Shown in pieces: positions 54,446 to 64,000 of a stretch of DNA of 64,000 nucleotides. Source of the stretch: an uncultured delta proteobacterium (GTDB lineage Bacteria; Myxococcota_A; Polyangia; Fen-1088); contig CAWCMR010000003.1 of assembly GCA_963796685.1 (NCBI GenBank), positions 1-64,000 on the forward strand, read 5' to 3'. The first letter of the stretch is position 1; every line of letters starts with the position of its first letter. The notes beneath the pieces are model-generated. The model saw only the letters and a program-made list of their open reading frames with translations. It had not been told where the DNA came from and ran no database searches. The position numbers were made by a program, and so were the translations under genes.

Positions 54446-56134
54446 TCACGGCTTGCCGACAAATGTCGTAACGGATTGTGCGGCGAGGGAGGCGCTAAAC
54501 CGTCCGGCCGTCACCGCGATGTCGGTCCCTGCAGCCAGCTTGGAGCTCGATGTGGTGACGTATGGGGTCACGGACGCCGGCCACGCCGTGCCCGCGACGA
54601 AGAAGGAAACCTGCTGAGCCGAACCCCCGTTCACCACCACGATGGCCGTCGTCCCGTCCGGCGGGTTCGAGAATGCCACCACCAGAGGCACGGTTCCGGA
54701 TGCTTTGGCGGCGCCGCTGACGTCGACGCGGTAGTAGCCGGGGCGTACGAACTTGCTGAAGTTTCCGAGCGCGTAGTACTGGGCGGGCGGACTGCTTGCA
54801 TTCGGGATGAACGCCTGGGTCCACCAATAGTGCCATCCGTTCACACCGCCGGTCGAGAACGCCGCGTAAACCATCGTCGCGATGGTGATCGGCCCCGTGT
54901 CACCCGGCGTGCACTCCGTCTCCCAGACATGGTGCGTGTTGTTCGCAGGGGGCGCCGGACGTCCATACGTCCCCGCGCTGGTGTTTCCGTAGTCGTGCGT
55001 CGCGATCGGTCCGACGTAGGAGTCGGCCTTCGAGTCGGCAATGATGGCAGGGCCGTAATTGTCGCCGCCCCAGATGTTGCCCCAGTTGTCGGGCTCGGCC
55101 GCCAGCACCTTGACGGGCGGGTTGAGCGCCGCTAGCAACGGCCCAAGCACATCGATGAAGTTCACCATCTGGGTCTTGTCGAAAAGGCACGACTGGTAAC
55201 TCGCCGTGAAATCAGGCTCGTTCTGAGCCGAGAGGGCGTAGAGGTCCACGCCACCGTTCTGCTTGTAGAAGGCAGGGAACGCCGCGAGGATCGCTGCCCA
55301 CGAGGCGTAGGCGGACGTATTCAAATGCCCGCCGTTGTTGACGTTATTGTTGTCCTTGTCTCCCGCGGGCGGCGACCAGGGAGCTGCCCACACCTTGCAC
55401 GCACAGCCGGCAAACTTGACGCAGGCCTGACCGTCGGCATACCCCGCAGCTCCCATGATATTGGGCTTGCCGCTCGTACCGTCGATGCCAACGCGGAGCA
55501 GGGTCAGCCCAATCCCGTTGACCGGATCCCACAAGAGCGTTTGCATGGCCGTCGAAGATGAGCCTTGCCAGACGTCGGCGAGCCCAAAGCCATCCACGAT
55601 CTGATGCTGCTTCGTCGGATCGACCGTAATGTCGCTTGTCTGGGCCGTCCCGGCCGTCTTCGTTCCAACATATACCGCGGTGCTTCCGCAGGTAACTGGC
55701 TCGGTGGTCCCGCCGGTGCCCGGCCCGGATCCGCCCGACCCGTTGCGACCGCCGGTGCCCGGCCGTCCGTCTGGGCTGGTGGCGACGTCGGTGACGCTGG
55801 CGTCGCCCGGGCCGCTGCGACCGCCGGTTGCGAGCTCGCCGCCGGTTCCCGACTGGCCGCCTGAGCTGGTCGCCCCGCCAGAGCCACTGCGACCACCGGT
55901 TCCCGGCTGGCCGCCCGAGCTGGTTGCCCCGCCAGAGGCGCTGCCACCCGAGCCACTACGACCACCCGTTCCCGACTCCCCGCCCGAGCTGGTCGTACCG
56001 CCCGTGTTTCCCGGCTCGCCGCCCGACCCGTGGACGCCCCCGCTGCCATTTGTCACTGATGTGCCCGAAGAACAAGCAGCGCCCGCAATCGCGAGTGCAG
56101 CAACCGTTGTGCGCAAGAAGCGGTTTGATGTCAT
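54446..56134 (-). CDS. GH30 (glucuronoxylanase-like) glycoside hydrolase lipoprotein with Gly/Ser/Thr linker
   Basis: Lipobox AGAAC; repeated SGG.TSSGG..GTGG linker; Q.VDGFG; WAAPWSPP; QNEPD acid/base; VWETE nucleophile; WHYWW; FSKFVRPG. Confidence 0.88.
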   Translation of the reverse strand: MTSNRFLRTTVAALAIAGAACSSGTSVTNGSGGVHGSGGEPGNTGGTTSSGGESGTGGRSGSGGSASGGATSSGGQPGTGGRSGSGGATSSGGQSGTGGELATGGRSGPGDASVTDVATSPDGRPGTGGRNGSGGSGPGTGGTTEPVTCGSTAVYVGTKTAGTAQTSDITVDPTKQHQIVDGFGLADVWQGSSSTAMQTLLWDPVNGIGLTLLRVGIDGTSGKPNIMGAAGYADGQACVKFAGCACKVWAAPWSPPAGDKDNNNVNNGGHLNTSAYASWAAILAAFPAFYKQNGGVDLYALSAQNEPDFTASYQSCLFDKTQMVNFIDVLGPLLAALNPPVKVLAAEPDNWGNIWGGDNYGPAIIADSKADSYVGPIATHDYGNTSAGTYGRPAPPANNTHHVWETECTPGDTGPITIATMVYAAFSTGGVNGWHYWWTQAFIPNASSPPAQYYALGNFSKFVRPGYYRVDVSGAAKASGTVPLVVAFSNPPDGTTAIVVVNGGSAQQVSFFVAGTAWPASVTPYVTTSSSKLAAGTDIAVTAGRFSASLAAQSVTTFVGKP

Positions 56135-56471
56135 GCGTTCCTCTCATTTCGGATTTCGACGGTCGGCGTCTGTCCACAGGGACAACGAGGATGCACCTCA
56201 ATCGCAAAGACCGTCCTAATCAGCAGTGGGAGAGGCGCCTGAATTCCGTCTCGTAATTCGGATCGAAAGACAAATCCGGCTAGTCCTTCGCCGCGCCCTT
56301 TCTGCTCACATCTGCCCCTGTGTGCTCACAGGTGCGACCTCGCGGGAAGACAGGTTCTTCCTTCGCTCGGCGATGTAAGCGACCCGTCGCCGCGCACAGC
56401 TCGCGCCACCACACCGCGTTTCCGAACAGAACGCCCAGGTGTACACGCAGCGTGCGGTCGGCTTCGGCGTG

Positions 56472-57020
56472 TCACCTGGAAGGGAGGCCTGCAGAGCGCT
56501 GCTGCGCCTGCAACAGTTTCTCCAGCTGGGCGCTGATGTCTTGGATGAGCTTAGGGTTGTCTTGCGCTGTTGCGATCGCAAGTGCCTGGCGTTCGGACTG
56601 GAGGGCTTCCGGAAGCCGGTCCAGGTCGGCGTAGACGTGGCCAAGAAGGTGCAGGATCAATGGATTCTTGCCGCCCGATAGTCTGACCGCCTGCTCCAGG
56701 TGGAGGCTCGCCTCGTCGAAGCGGCCCTTTCCTGCCAGCGCCTGAGCGAGGTTGATGCGGGCATCGACTGCATCCGGTTTCGCCTCCACCACCCTTTTCA
56801 GCTGGAAGATGGCCTTGTTCGTCTGCCCCGCATGGGCCAGCACGATCCCGAGGTTCGTGCGGGCGACAGCGTAAGCCGGGTCCAGCTCGACGGCTGCTTC
56901 GAATTGGGCGATCGCCTCCTTGACCGCACCTTTGCCGGCCAGTGCCTCGCCGAGGTTGTTGTGCGCCTCCGAATACTGCGGGTTCAGCGCCAACGCTTTT
57001 TGAGATCCAGCTCGACCCAT
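56472..57020 (-). pseudogene. 5'-truncated TPR-repeat gene
   Basis: Homology begins mid-TPR at QKALALNPQYSEAHNNLG (~57002); about 4 TPRs follow; no RBS before ATG 57020. Confidence 0.6.
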
Positions 57021-57054
57021 ACGCGACGTGGCACTTGCGGTGGCAGCTTCGGTT

Positions 57055-58590
57055 TCAGCGCAAGTCGAAATTGTCGAAGTAGAACCAGCCCGACCAGCCG
57101 GCGGGAAGTGAAACAACAAGTCCGAAGTAGGTGCCCTGGGAACCGCCGGCATCTATCGCAAGGTTCGAGACCACATTCGCAATGCCGCCGTAGTTGATGT
57201 TGGCGGCAGGCCCCCCAATGACCCAGGTGGACTCGGTGTAGGCGTACATCATGCCGTCCGATGGATCCGGATACGCTGGATCCGACACCGCCCAGAACTG
57301 GAAGTTCAGCTTCAGGCCGTTGACACTAGCGGTCCCGTTGCTCGGACAGTACGGTACCTGAATCCGGAAGCCAGGGGTACTGCCTTGGGCATGGATCGCC
57401 ATCATACGGCTACTGTTGTAGCTCACGTTGCTGAGAGTCGACGTCGTGGAGGAAGCGGGATCCCACGCCCAGCCTTCGAGACCTGCCGATTCGAAATTCC
57501 AGCTGCCACAACTGTTGGAAGTGCTGCAAGACAGTGTTGTGCCAACGCAAACACAGTTGCCCGAGCCATTGCATTTCTGGTTTGCGGAACAGTGGTTGCC
57601 GCACACACCGCAATTCGCGACGTCACTGCCATAGACATTGATGCAACCGCTGCTGCCACAGTCGGTCAGCGAGCCGGGGCAGACGCAGGTGCCGGTCGAG
57701 CAGCTTCTTCCACTCGGGCAAACATTGTCGCATGTGCCGCAGTTGGAGTTGCTCGTGTTTGTGCTGACACAAACGCCGCCACACAGAGTCTGGGCGGCGG
57801 GGCAGGCGCATTGACCAGTCTGGCACGTCTTGCCGCCAGTGCAGGAGCCGCAGGCCGCCCCGGCCGTGCCGCACGAGGCATCCGTCTGGCCTGCATACCC
57901 CGTACACACCTTTCCGCTGCAGCAGCCGCTGGGACACGAGACCACGTCGCACACGCAGTTGCCCGCCGAGCAATGCTGCCCGGCCGCACAGGCAACTCCG
58001 CAGGTGCCGCAATTGCCGATGTCGTTTTGCAGATTTACACAGGTTCCGCTGCACGCTGTCTGCCCGTTGGGACAGGCCGTGCCGCCCGTGCCAGTCAAGC
58101 CCCCCATCCCCGCAATACCACCGGTCCCAGAAGTACCGCCCACCCCGTAAGCACCACCGGTGCTCGTTCCGCCGTCAGCGCCTCCGGTCGTGTTCGGCGC
58201 ATCGGGATTGGACGTCATCCCTCCGGTTGCGGGCGGCGCGTCTGCGACCGTGGTACCTCCCGAGCCGCCAGCCGCATCCATGGGGACAATGCCCCCTGAG
58301 CCTGAGCCGCCCGTCCCTCCCGTCGTGCCGGGTGCGTCGGGATTGGATGTCCTTCCTCCGGTTGCGAGCGGCACGTCCGCGACCGCGCTGTCTCCCGAGC
58401 CGCCGGCCCCGTCCAGCAGCCCAGTCAGTGCGTCGGCATGCGCCAAATCGTGTGGCGAGACCTCGCCCGCTTGTGAGTCTCCATCCAACGTGGGTGGATG
58501 TTTGAGGTCCGAATAGCAGCCCAGGGGGCCAAACCAAGCAGCCAACAGCGTGCTCTTTGCAAGGATGGTCAAGCTTCGATGCAATCGCAT
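57055..58590 (-). CDS. Cys-rich repeat (myxobacterial) lipoprotein with Gly linker and C-terminal beta domain
   Basis: FGPLGC lipobox; duplicated VAD.P.ATGG.TSNPDAP.TTGG; repeated C...C.....D..NCG.CG..C.....C..G.C.C. Confidence 0.8.
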   Translation of the reverse strand: MRLHRSLTILAKSTLLAAWFGPLGCYSDLKHPPTLDGDSQAGEVSPHDLAHADALTGLLDGAGGSGDSAVADVPLATGGRTSNPDAPGTTGGTGGSGSGGIVPMDAAGGSGGTTVADAPPATGGMTSNPDAPNTTGGADGGTSTGGAYGVGGTSGTGGIAGMGGLTGTGGTACPNGQTACSGTCVNLQNDIGNCGTCGVACAAGQHCSAGNCVCDVVSCPSGCCSGKVCTGYAGQTDASCGTAGAACGSCTGGKTCQTGQCACPAAQTLCGGVCVSTNTSNSNCGTCDNVCPSGRSCSTGTCVCPGSLTDCGSSGCINVYGSDVANCGVCGNHCSANQKCNGSGNCVCVGTTLSCSTSNSCGSWNFESAGLEGWAWDPASSTTSTLSNVSYNSSRMMAIHAQGSTPGFRIQVPYCPSNGTASVNGLKLNFQFWAVSDPAYPDPSDGMMYAYTESTWVIGGPAANINYGGIANVVSNLAIDAGGSQGTYFGLVVSLPAGWSGWFYFDNFDLR

Positions 58591-58593
58591 GAT

Positions 58594-59373
58594 CTAGAAT
58601 TCTCCTTCCAAGGTGAGGCCTGCCCCACCGCGGGGCGAGAAAGGCGCGAGGGCAACACTTCCGCTTCCTGTTCTGGTGCGCTTGTGACCGACCAGGTAGA
58701 GCACAATGCCAGTGACCAGCGCTGCGCCTCCCGCGCCGTAGCAAACCATGGATGACGTTTTGTAGGAGTGGAGACTCGATTCCAGGCCCGAGTCTGCGGC
58801 CTGGTTGGCTTTGAGATTTAGAACGAAGCCCGTTGCAACTCCGGCCAACCCGATGCTGCCAACCACGATGCCAATCGTTGGCAGGACCGAGCCACCGCTT
58901 TCTCCTGGAGGCGGTGGTGCGGGCACCACAGGGAGAGTCTCCAGGGGTGGCTGAGGTTGCGGTAGCAACGAAGGTGGCGAAGGCGACGCTACCGCCGTGG
59001 GAGGTGCGGCCTGCCTCTCCTCCTCCGCCTGGAAGGCCCTGCAGTCGGCGATGTGCTTCTCCGTGTCCGTGGCATCCTCGGCATTCATCCTCGGGGTCTT
59101 TCGCAAATACTCACGGAAGCGGTCGATCGCGCTAGTCCATTGATGGTTCTGCTCGTAGCAACGGCCCTGGTTGTAAATCCAGTTGGCGTCGTTTGTTTCG
59201 ACGTAGAGCACGGCAAGGATCTCTACCCCTTTGCGAAAATCGCCGGCTGCGCAGGCAATCTTGGCCGCTTTGGCCCGGGCATTCGCGGAGCTGCCCTTGG
59301 GATTGCTCGCCCGAGCCAGTGGCAACCAGGCAAGCGATAGCAGGAGCGCCGAGAGCAAGATAGGAGTTCGCAT
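58594..59373 (-). CDS. Exported TPR-like protein with C-terminal membrane segments
   Basis: Signal peptide ending ARA; YNQGRCYEQ...AIDRFREYL; Pro-rich linker; two hydrophobic helices; terminal GLTLEGEF. Confidence 0.72.
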   Translation of the reverse strand: MRTPILLSALLLSLAWLPLARASNPKGSSANARAKAAKIACAAGDFRKGVEILAVLYVETNDANWIYNQGRCYEQNHQWTSAIDRFREYLRKTPRMNAEDATDTEKHIADCRAFQAEEERQAAPPTAVASPSPPSLLPQPQPPLETLPVVPAPPPPGESGGSVLPTIGIVVGSIGLAGVATGFVLNLKANQAADSGLESSLHSYKTSSMVCYGAGGAALVTGIVLYLVGHKRTRTGSGSVALAPFSPRGGAGLTLEGEF

Positions 59374-59630
59374 CGGAAGGGATATACCTTAACACGGAGG
59401 CCCCCAAAGGCGCAGGCGAATCCGGGAAGTCTGGAATGCGCGCCATGTCTCTAGGCGGCGTCGGAAACCGACTGGTTGCCAGGCTGATGGCTCATCGAGG
59501 AGATTGGGTGCTGATGTCGGGCAGTGAATAGTGGCGTGCGGCGGCGAACGAAGACGTTCCCGACCTTGGCAGTGCAAGTTGTTCGCTTCTCCCGGGCGTG
59601 CCCTCTCGTCGGCGAGCACAGGCCTGGTGC

Positions 59631-61394
59631 TCAATGAGCACGTTGCGCCTCCGCGGCACGCAGCATTTCCGCCGCAGCCGAGTAGTCCGGTCGCAGCTCC
59701 AGGGCTTTCTGAAACTGCGCAATGGCTTCGTCGACCCGTCCCAGCGAGAGCAGGGCGGTCCCCAGGTTGTTGCGAGCCACGACATACTCCGGAACCAGGG
59801 CCACGGCCCTCTCGAAATGCGGGAGGGCCTCGGCGGTCTGGCCGAGATACATCAGGGCCAGGCCGAGGTTGTTGTGAGCGAAGGCGTAATTGGGATCCAC
59901 GTCCAAAGCCTTTCGGCATTGCTCAATACCCTCCGCAATGCGCCCCTGGCTGAGCAAAGCCAGGCCCAGATTGTTCATGGCCTTGGCGAAATCCGGCTTG
60001 ATGTCGAGCGCCTTGCGGTACTCCATCATCCCTTCGTCTATCCGGAGCTGGTTCACCAGGACGAAGCCGAGGTTGTTGTGGACCTCCGGGATGTCCGGCT
60101 TGAGCGCCAGCACGTGGCGGAACAAGGTCTCGGAATCGTGCCATAGCTTGGACTGGCGCCAGCTCAGGCCGGCGAGCAAGAGCAGGACCGCGGCCAGCTC
60201 CGCGGCCAGCAGACGGCGTTGCTGTGTCCCCAGCCGGCGCAGCCCGGCCAGTGCCGCGGCCCCAACCAGCAAGGCCCAGGCCATCCCGGGCAAATAGGTG
60301 TAGCGGTCGGCCACGAGCAGGATGCTAATCGAGACCAGCCCGAGCACAGGCAGCAGGCTGACGACGTAATGGGCCCACGCGACCACTCCGCCCGGCCAGC
60401 GTCGCCGCCGGTAGAGCAGAACGGCGGTGAGCGCCAGTACGAGCCCCGCGCTGGCGAGGACGGCCGTGGCGGGGAGCCGGCGATCCAGAGGGATGGCGTA
60501 AAAGGGCATGAGCCCGACCGGGGCCACCGTCTTGCCGAGATAGAATCCAAGGCCATACAAGGCCTGCTGGATTCGGAAGCCCAGGCCGAGGGGCTCGAGC
60601 ACGGTGGTCTGATGCCGCGCCACGAAGCTGACCGATCCAGCCGCCACGGCCACGGACAGCAGCGGAAGCTTCTCCAGCCAGACCCGCCGGTGCTGCGGGT
60701 CCAGCCACTGCTTCCGATCCGCGGGAAGTCGGCGCAGCGGATAGAAGTCCAGCAGCAACAGGGTGATGGGCAGGGTGATGCCGTTGGTCTTGGACAGCAT
60801 GGAAGCCGCGAAGAGCACGGTGCAGATCGCGAGCCAGCGTCGCCGCCTCGCCTGGTCGGAGCAGGTCCGCAGGTAGCAGAGGATGGCCAGCAGGTAGAAC
60901 GTGGCGCCCTGCAGGTCGTGCTGGCCACTTAGCCAGGCCACGGACTCGACCCGCAAGGGGTGCAAAGCGAAGAAGAGCGCGGCGAAGGCTGCGGCAGCCG
61001 GCAGGGACGCGTCGTCGTGGGGCAAAGGCGCGGCCAGACGCAGCAGCCGCACGGCCACGAAGTAGAACAGGATGGCATTGAGCATGTGGAAGGCGAGGCT
61101 GCTGGCGTGATAACCGAGGGGCGCCATGCCCCAGAGCGAGTGGCCCAGGCAGGAGAAGAGCCAGCTCAGGGGCTGGTAGTTGCTCATGTAAAGAGTGGTG
61201 AGCATCCAGCGCAAATTTCGCCAGTCCAGCCCGCGAAAATGGGGGTTGTTGAGGAAATTGGCGTCGTCGTCCCACGTGATGAAACCGGCCTGCAGCGTGG
61301 GCCAGAATGCCACCAGGACAGCCAACGAGATCAGCACCAGGAGGAGGAGTCGCCTCGAGCCGTCGCCTGCGATCGGAGAGCCGGAGGTCTTCAT
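59631..61394 (-). CDS. TMTC-like GT-C glycosyltransferase with C-terminal TPRs
   Basis: WDD in the first loop; Y.PL; LHPLRVESVAW; SK; LEKLP; ADRYTYLP; W.DSETLF; HNNLG TPRs. Confidence 0.88.
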   Translation of the reverse strand: MKTSGSPIAGDGSRRLLLLVLISLAVLVAFWPTLQAGFITWDDDANFLNNPHFRGLDWRNLRWMLTTLYMSNYQPLSWLFSCLGHSLWGMAPLGYHASSLAFHMLNAILFYFVAVRLLRLAAPLPHDDASLPAAAAFAALFFALHPLRVESVAWLSGQHDLQGATFYLLAILCYLRTCSDQARRRRWLAICTVLFAASMLSKTNGITLPITLLLLDFYPLRRLPADRKQWLDPQHRRVWLEKLPLLSVAVAAGSVSFVARHQTTVLEPLGLGFRIQQALYGLGFYLGKTVAPVGLMPFYAIPLDRRLPATAVLASAGLVLALTAVLLYRRRRWPGGVVAWAHYVVSLLPVLGLVSISILLVADRYTYLPGMAWALLVGAAALAGLRRLGTQQRRLLAAELAAVLLLLAGLSWRQSKLWHDSETLFRHVLALKPDIPEVHNNLGFVLVNQLRIDEGMMEYRKALDIKPDFAKAMNNLGLALLSQGRIAEGIEQCRKALDVDPNYAFAHNNLGLALMYLGQTAEALPHFERAVALVPEYVVARNNLGTALLSLGRVDEAIAQFQKALELRPDYSAAAEMLRAAEAQRAH

Positions 61395-61519
61395 GACGTG
61401 TTGCCGCCACTATACAACTATCGTGGGGTCTTCTTTGCTGAACGGCGGGCGCTGGGGCTCGCGGTGGTGAAGCCACGCGTGCGCAGTTGCGGGCCACCGC
61501 GGACCAGACGGTGCTTTCC

Positions 61520-63883
61520 CTACGGGTGCGGGCGGCGGGCGATCAGGACCAGCGCCCCGGTCAGGGCGTAGCCGCCGGCGCCCAGCAGGATGACGGCCGA
61601 GAAGCCCAGGTTGGTGATGGCGCTCATGGCCCACGCCGAGCCCCACACCGACGCCAGCGTGGACATGGCGTAGGTAGCGGGCACGGCGGCGCGGCGCCCG
61701 GTCTTCACCACGCGCTCGACGCCGAACGGGTAGAACATCCCGAGGAAGGTCCCGGCGGGCACCACTGCCAGTGCCACGCAGAGGATCTTGAGCGGCAAGG
61801 GCAGGGAGAGCAGGCGCGTGTTGCACAGGTGGGTGGCGAGAATGCCCCACGCGATGGCCGCGATGGTTGCAGCAATGCCCGGCAGCACGCGCGTCGCAGG
61901 GACCCGGAACACGCGCAGGCGGTCCTGCAGGTATGCGCCCAGGCCGCTTCCCGCCAGGAACAGCGCCAGGATCACGGCCACGGCGTAGAGCGGGCTACCG
62001 AGGAAAAGCTCGGTCCTGGCGATGAGGCCGATCTCCACGCACATGTACGAGACGCCGGCCACGAAGAAGTACAGCACCCACGGCCAAGGCACGCGCCGCT
62101 CGCGACCGCGCCGCAAGCCCAGGCCGAGGAAGACCACGACCGCGACAGCCCCGAAGAGCAGGATGGTGAAGACCTTGATCCAGCTCGAGGCGTAGAGCTG
62201 GTCCCTGAAGCGCGCCTGCGCGGGCAGGAGCTCGAAGTCGCGCCAGCTCACCTCGTGCACGAACGGGCGATCGTCCGTGACGAGTGGCCCGTGGGTACGC
62301 CCGCGGACGACATCCAGGTAGGTCGCCAGGCCCGCACCCGACGGCGAATAGAGCACCTGCCGCGGGTACGGCCACGACGACACCTTGCGGTCGATGGCCG
62401 CGATCTCGTCCGGCGTGAGGCCGCTTGGCTTGACCACCATGCTGTCTTGCCCCCGGGTCACCGGCGCGCCGAACGCGAAGACCGCCTGCCCGAAGTCGCC
62501 GAGGCCGCGCTCGGCGAAGAGGCGCCGTAGGCTCTCGGCCTTGTGGAGCACGGGCTGGTTCATGAACACCATCATCGAGCCCGGACCCGGGGCCAGGTGG
62601 TCGAGGTACGACGCCATGGCCTCGTAGGTGTCGAGGTACTTGCGGGTGTGGCCGGTGCGCCCGGTGTTGGTCGCTCCATTCGTGGCCACGAACACGAGGT
62701 CGTAGCGCCCGCGGTCGTGGTCGAGGAAGTCGCGACCCTCGCGCACCACGAGGTGCATGTTGGGCCGCGCGAGGAAGGCGCGCAGGTTCATGCCCGCGAG
62801 CAGCGGATCGCGGATGAGGTCGACCACGGCGCGGTTCAGCTCCACGCCCGTGATGTCCGCCCGGCCCTCGGCCATGCAGTCGAGCTCGACCATGTCGCGT
62901 CCCACGCCAGCGAAGAGCACGAGCACGCGCTTCGGCTCGTGGCCCATGAGAAAGGGCAACGCGTGGTGCAAGGTGTAGGGCAAAAGGTCGGCGGGCTTCG
63001 CCGCCGGATCCCAGCGCGCGACCTTCACGTTGCTGAGCCCATCGTCCTGCACGATGCCCCACGCCTTCTCGCCCGTCCCCGGGCCGCCGTCGGCCCGCAC
63101 CAAGCTCGTGCGCGCGAGGTCGTTCCAGCGCACGCGCATCTCCTGCACGTTGTCGGCCGCGTAGCCGGGCAGCACGTAGCGCGACAGGCGCACGACGTCC
63201 GGGTGCTCCTGGAACACGCTTCCGTGGTACGCCAGGAACGCGAGCACGCAAAACCCCGCCGCGCCGACGCCCACCGCGAGACGCCGACGGCTGAGCGGCG
63301 TGGCGGCGAGGAGCGCGAGCGCGCCCAAGAGCACTGTCATGATGGCCGGTGGCAGACCCGCCCAGGTCAGCACGAGAGGTGCGAGCAGGCAGCCCACCGC
63401 CGCGCCCGCGAGGTCGAAGCAGTAAAGCCGGCCGATGCTCGGCGCGCCCTCGTCGAAATACAGGGCCAGGAGCGCGCCGAAGATCGCGTACGGCGGCAGG
63501 AAGATGCCCGAGTACGCCAGCATGCGCCCTGCGTCCCCGTACGGGTTCTCGAGCGAAACGTGAATGGCCGGGAAGAACGCATTCGCGACGGCGAAGAAGC
63601 CAATGAACGCGGCGGCCAGGACCGGCAGCGTGAGCGCTTGCAGAAGCGCGATCAGGCGGCGCGCGTCGGCCTTGCGCTCGCGGTGCACGAGCAGCGAGCC
63701 GAGCGAAAGACCCAAGAGCGCCACCGGAATGGCGAGGAAGCTCGAGATGCTGCCGAGGAAGAACGCCAGCATGCGCGTCTGCAGGAGCTCCACCATCAGG
63801 CACAAGAGCCCGACGAGGAAGAGCCCAAGCTCGACCGCCCGCTTCGGGCGTCCGGGAGGCGTTCCTTCGGCATTCTGCGACAT
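61520..63883 (-). CDS. Spermidine-synthase-like membrane protein (TM - SAM-dependent fold - TM)
   Basis: N-terminal TMs with IGRLYCFDLAGAAVG; VLVLFAGVGRD...GVELN...EGRDFL...YDLV; VTDDRPF; C-terminal TMs with GMFYPFG. Confidence 0.82.
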   Translation of the reverse strand: MSQNAEGTPPGRPKRAVELGLFLVGLLCLMVELLQTRMLAFFLGSISSFLAIPVALLGLSLGSLLVHRERKADARRLIALLQALTLPVLAAAFIGFFAVANAFFPAIHVSLENPYGDAGRMLAYSGIFLPPYAIFGALLALYFDEGAPSIGRLYCFDLAGAAVGCLLAPLVLTWAGLPPAIMTVLLGALALLAATPLSRRRLAVGVGAAGFCVLAFLAYHGSVFQEHPDVVRLSRYVLPGYAADNVQEMRVRWNDLARTSLVRADGGPGTGEKAWGIVQDDGLSNVKVARWDPAAKPADLLPYTLHHALPFLMGHEPKRVLVLFAGVGRDMVELDCMAEGRADITGVELNRAVVDLIRDPLLAGMNLRAFLARPNMHLVVREGRDFLDHDRGRYDLVFVATNGATNTGRTGHTRKYLDTYEAMASYLDHLAPGPGSMMVFMNQPVLHKAESLRRLFAERGLGDFGQAVFAFGAPVTRGQDSMVVKPSGLTPDEIAAIDRKVSSWPYPRQVLYSPSGAGLATYLDVVRGRTHGPLVTDDRPFVHEVSWRDFELLPAQARFRDQLYASSWIKVFTILLFGAVAVVVFLGLGLRRGRERRVPWPWVLYFFVAGVSYMCVEIGLIARTELFLGSPLYAVAVILALFLAGSGLGAYLQDRLRVFRVPATRVLPGIAATIAAIAWGILATHLCNTRLLSLPLPLKILCVALAVVPAGTFLGMFYPFGVERVVKTGRRAAVPATYAMSTLASVWGSAWAMSAITNLGFSAVILLGAGGYALTGALVLIARRPHP

Positions 63884-64000
63884 GGGTCTAGCTTATCGCA
63901 CGGCGCCCCGGCCCCGCCGGGTGGTTTCCTAGGCGCCGCCAGCTCCCCAATGGAACAGGGGCATCCACGCCATCACATCTCTCTGCCCTCCCGGCGTACT

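Overview
GC-rich bacterial chromosome segment, probably Myxococcota/Polyangia-like judging by its Cys-rich Gly-linker lipoproteins, sigma-54 promoters and many-PAS hybrid kinases (inference). The centrepiece is a tightly coupled 14.7-kb operon (18785-33521): mvhD, metF-like, two glutamate-synthase FMN-barrel subunits (one degenerate), a class II amidotransferase/GXGXG fusion, hdrC, hdrB, a tandem hdrA with an embedded GltD-like NAD(P)H module, a second mvhD, and metV. The MetF homologue has lost the three residues equivalent to E. coli Glu28, Asp120 and Gln183. The operon therefore looks like an Hdr/MetVF electron-bifurcating scaffold repurposed to drive a split glutamate synthase (hypothesis). 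Palindromic elements have entered this operon without breaking its reading frames: 3x81 bp in the amidotransferase propeptide, a homologous 78-bp copy in frame in hdrA, and a multi-hairpin element between hdrC and hdrB spanned by an ORF that overlaps both genes. The window also holds vgrG, two hybrid kinases and an OmpR-type pair, a ~1620-aa Gly-zipper exported protein with one frameshift, and a B12 radical SAM enzyme. Further genes include an RRM protein, a His-phosphatase/CotH pair, a MarR-ClC-qNor operon, ABC-F, iorAB-paaK-ACT-aminotransferase (paaK with clustered indels), a GH30 lipoprotein, a TMTC-like glycosyltransferase and a spermidine-synthase-like membrane protein. No rRNA, tRNA, CRISPR or transposase was recognised. 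All calls come from reading motifs by eye; no database searches were run.
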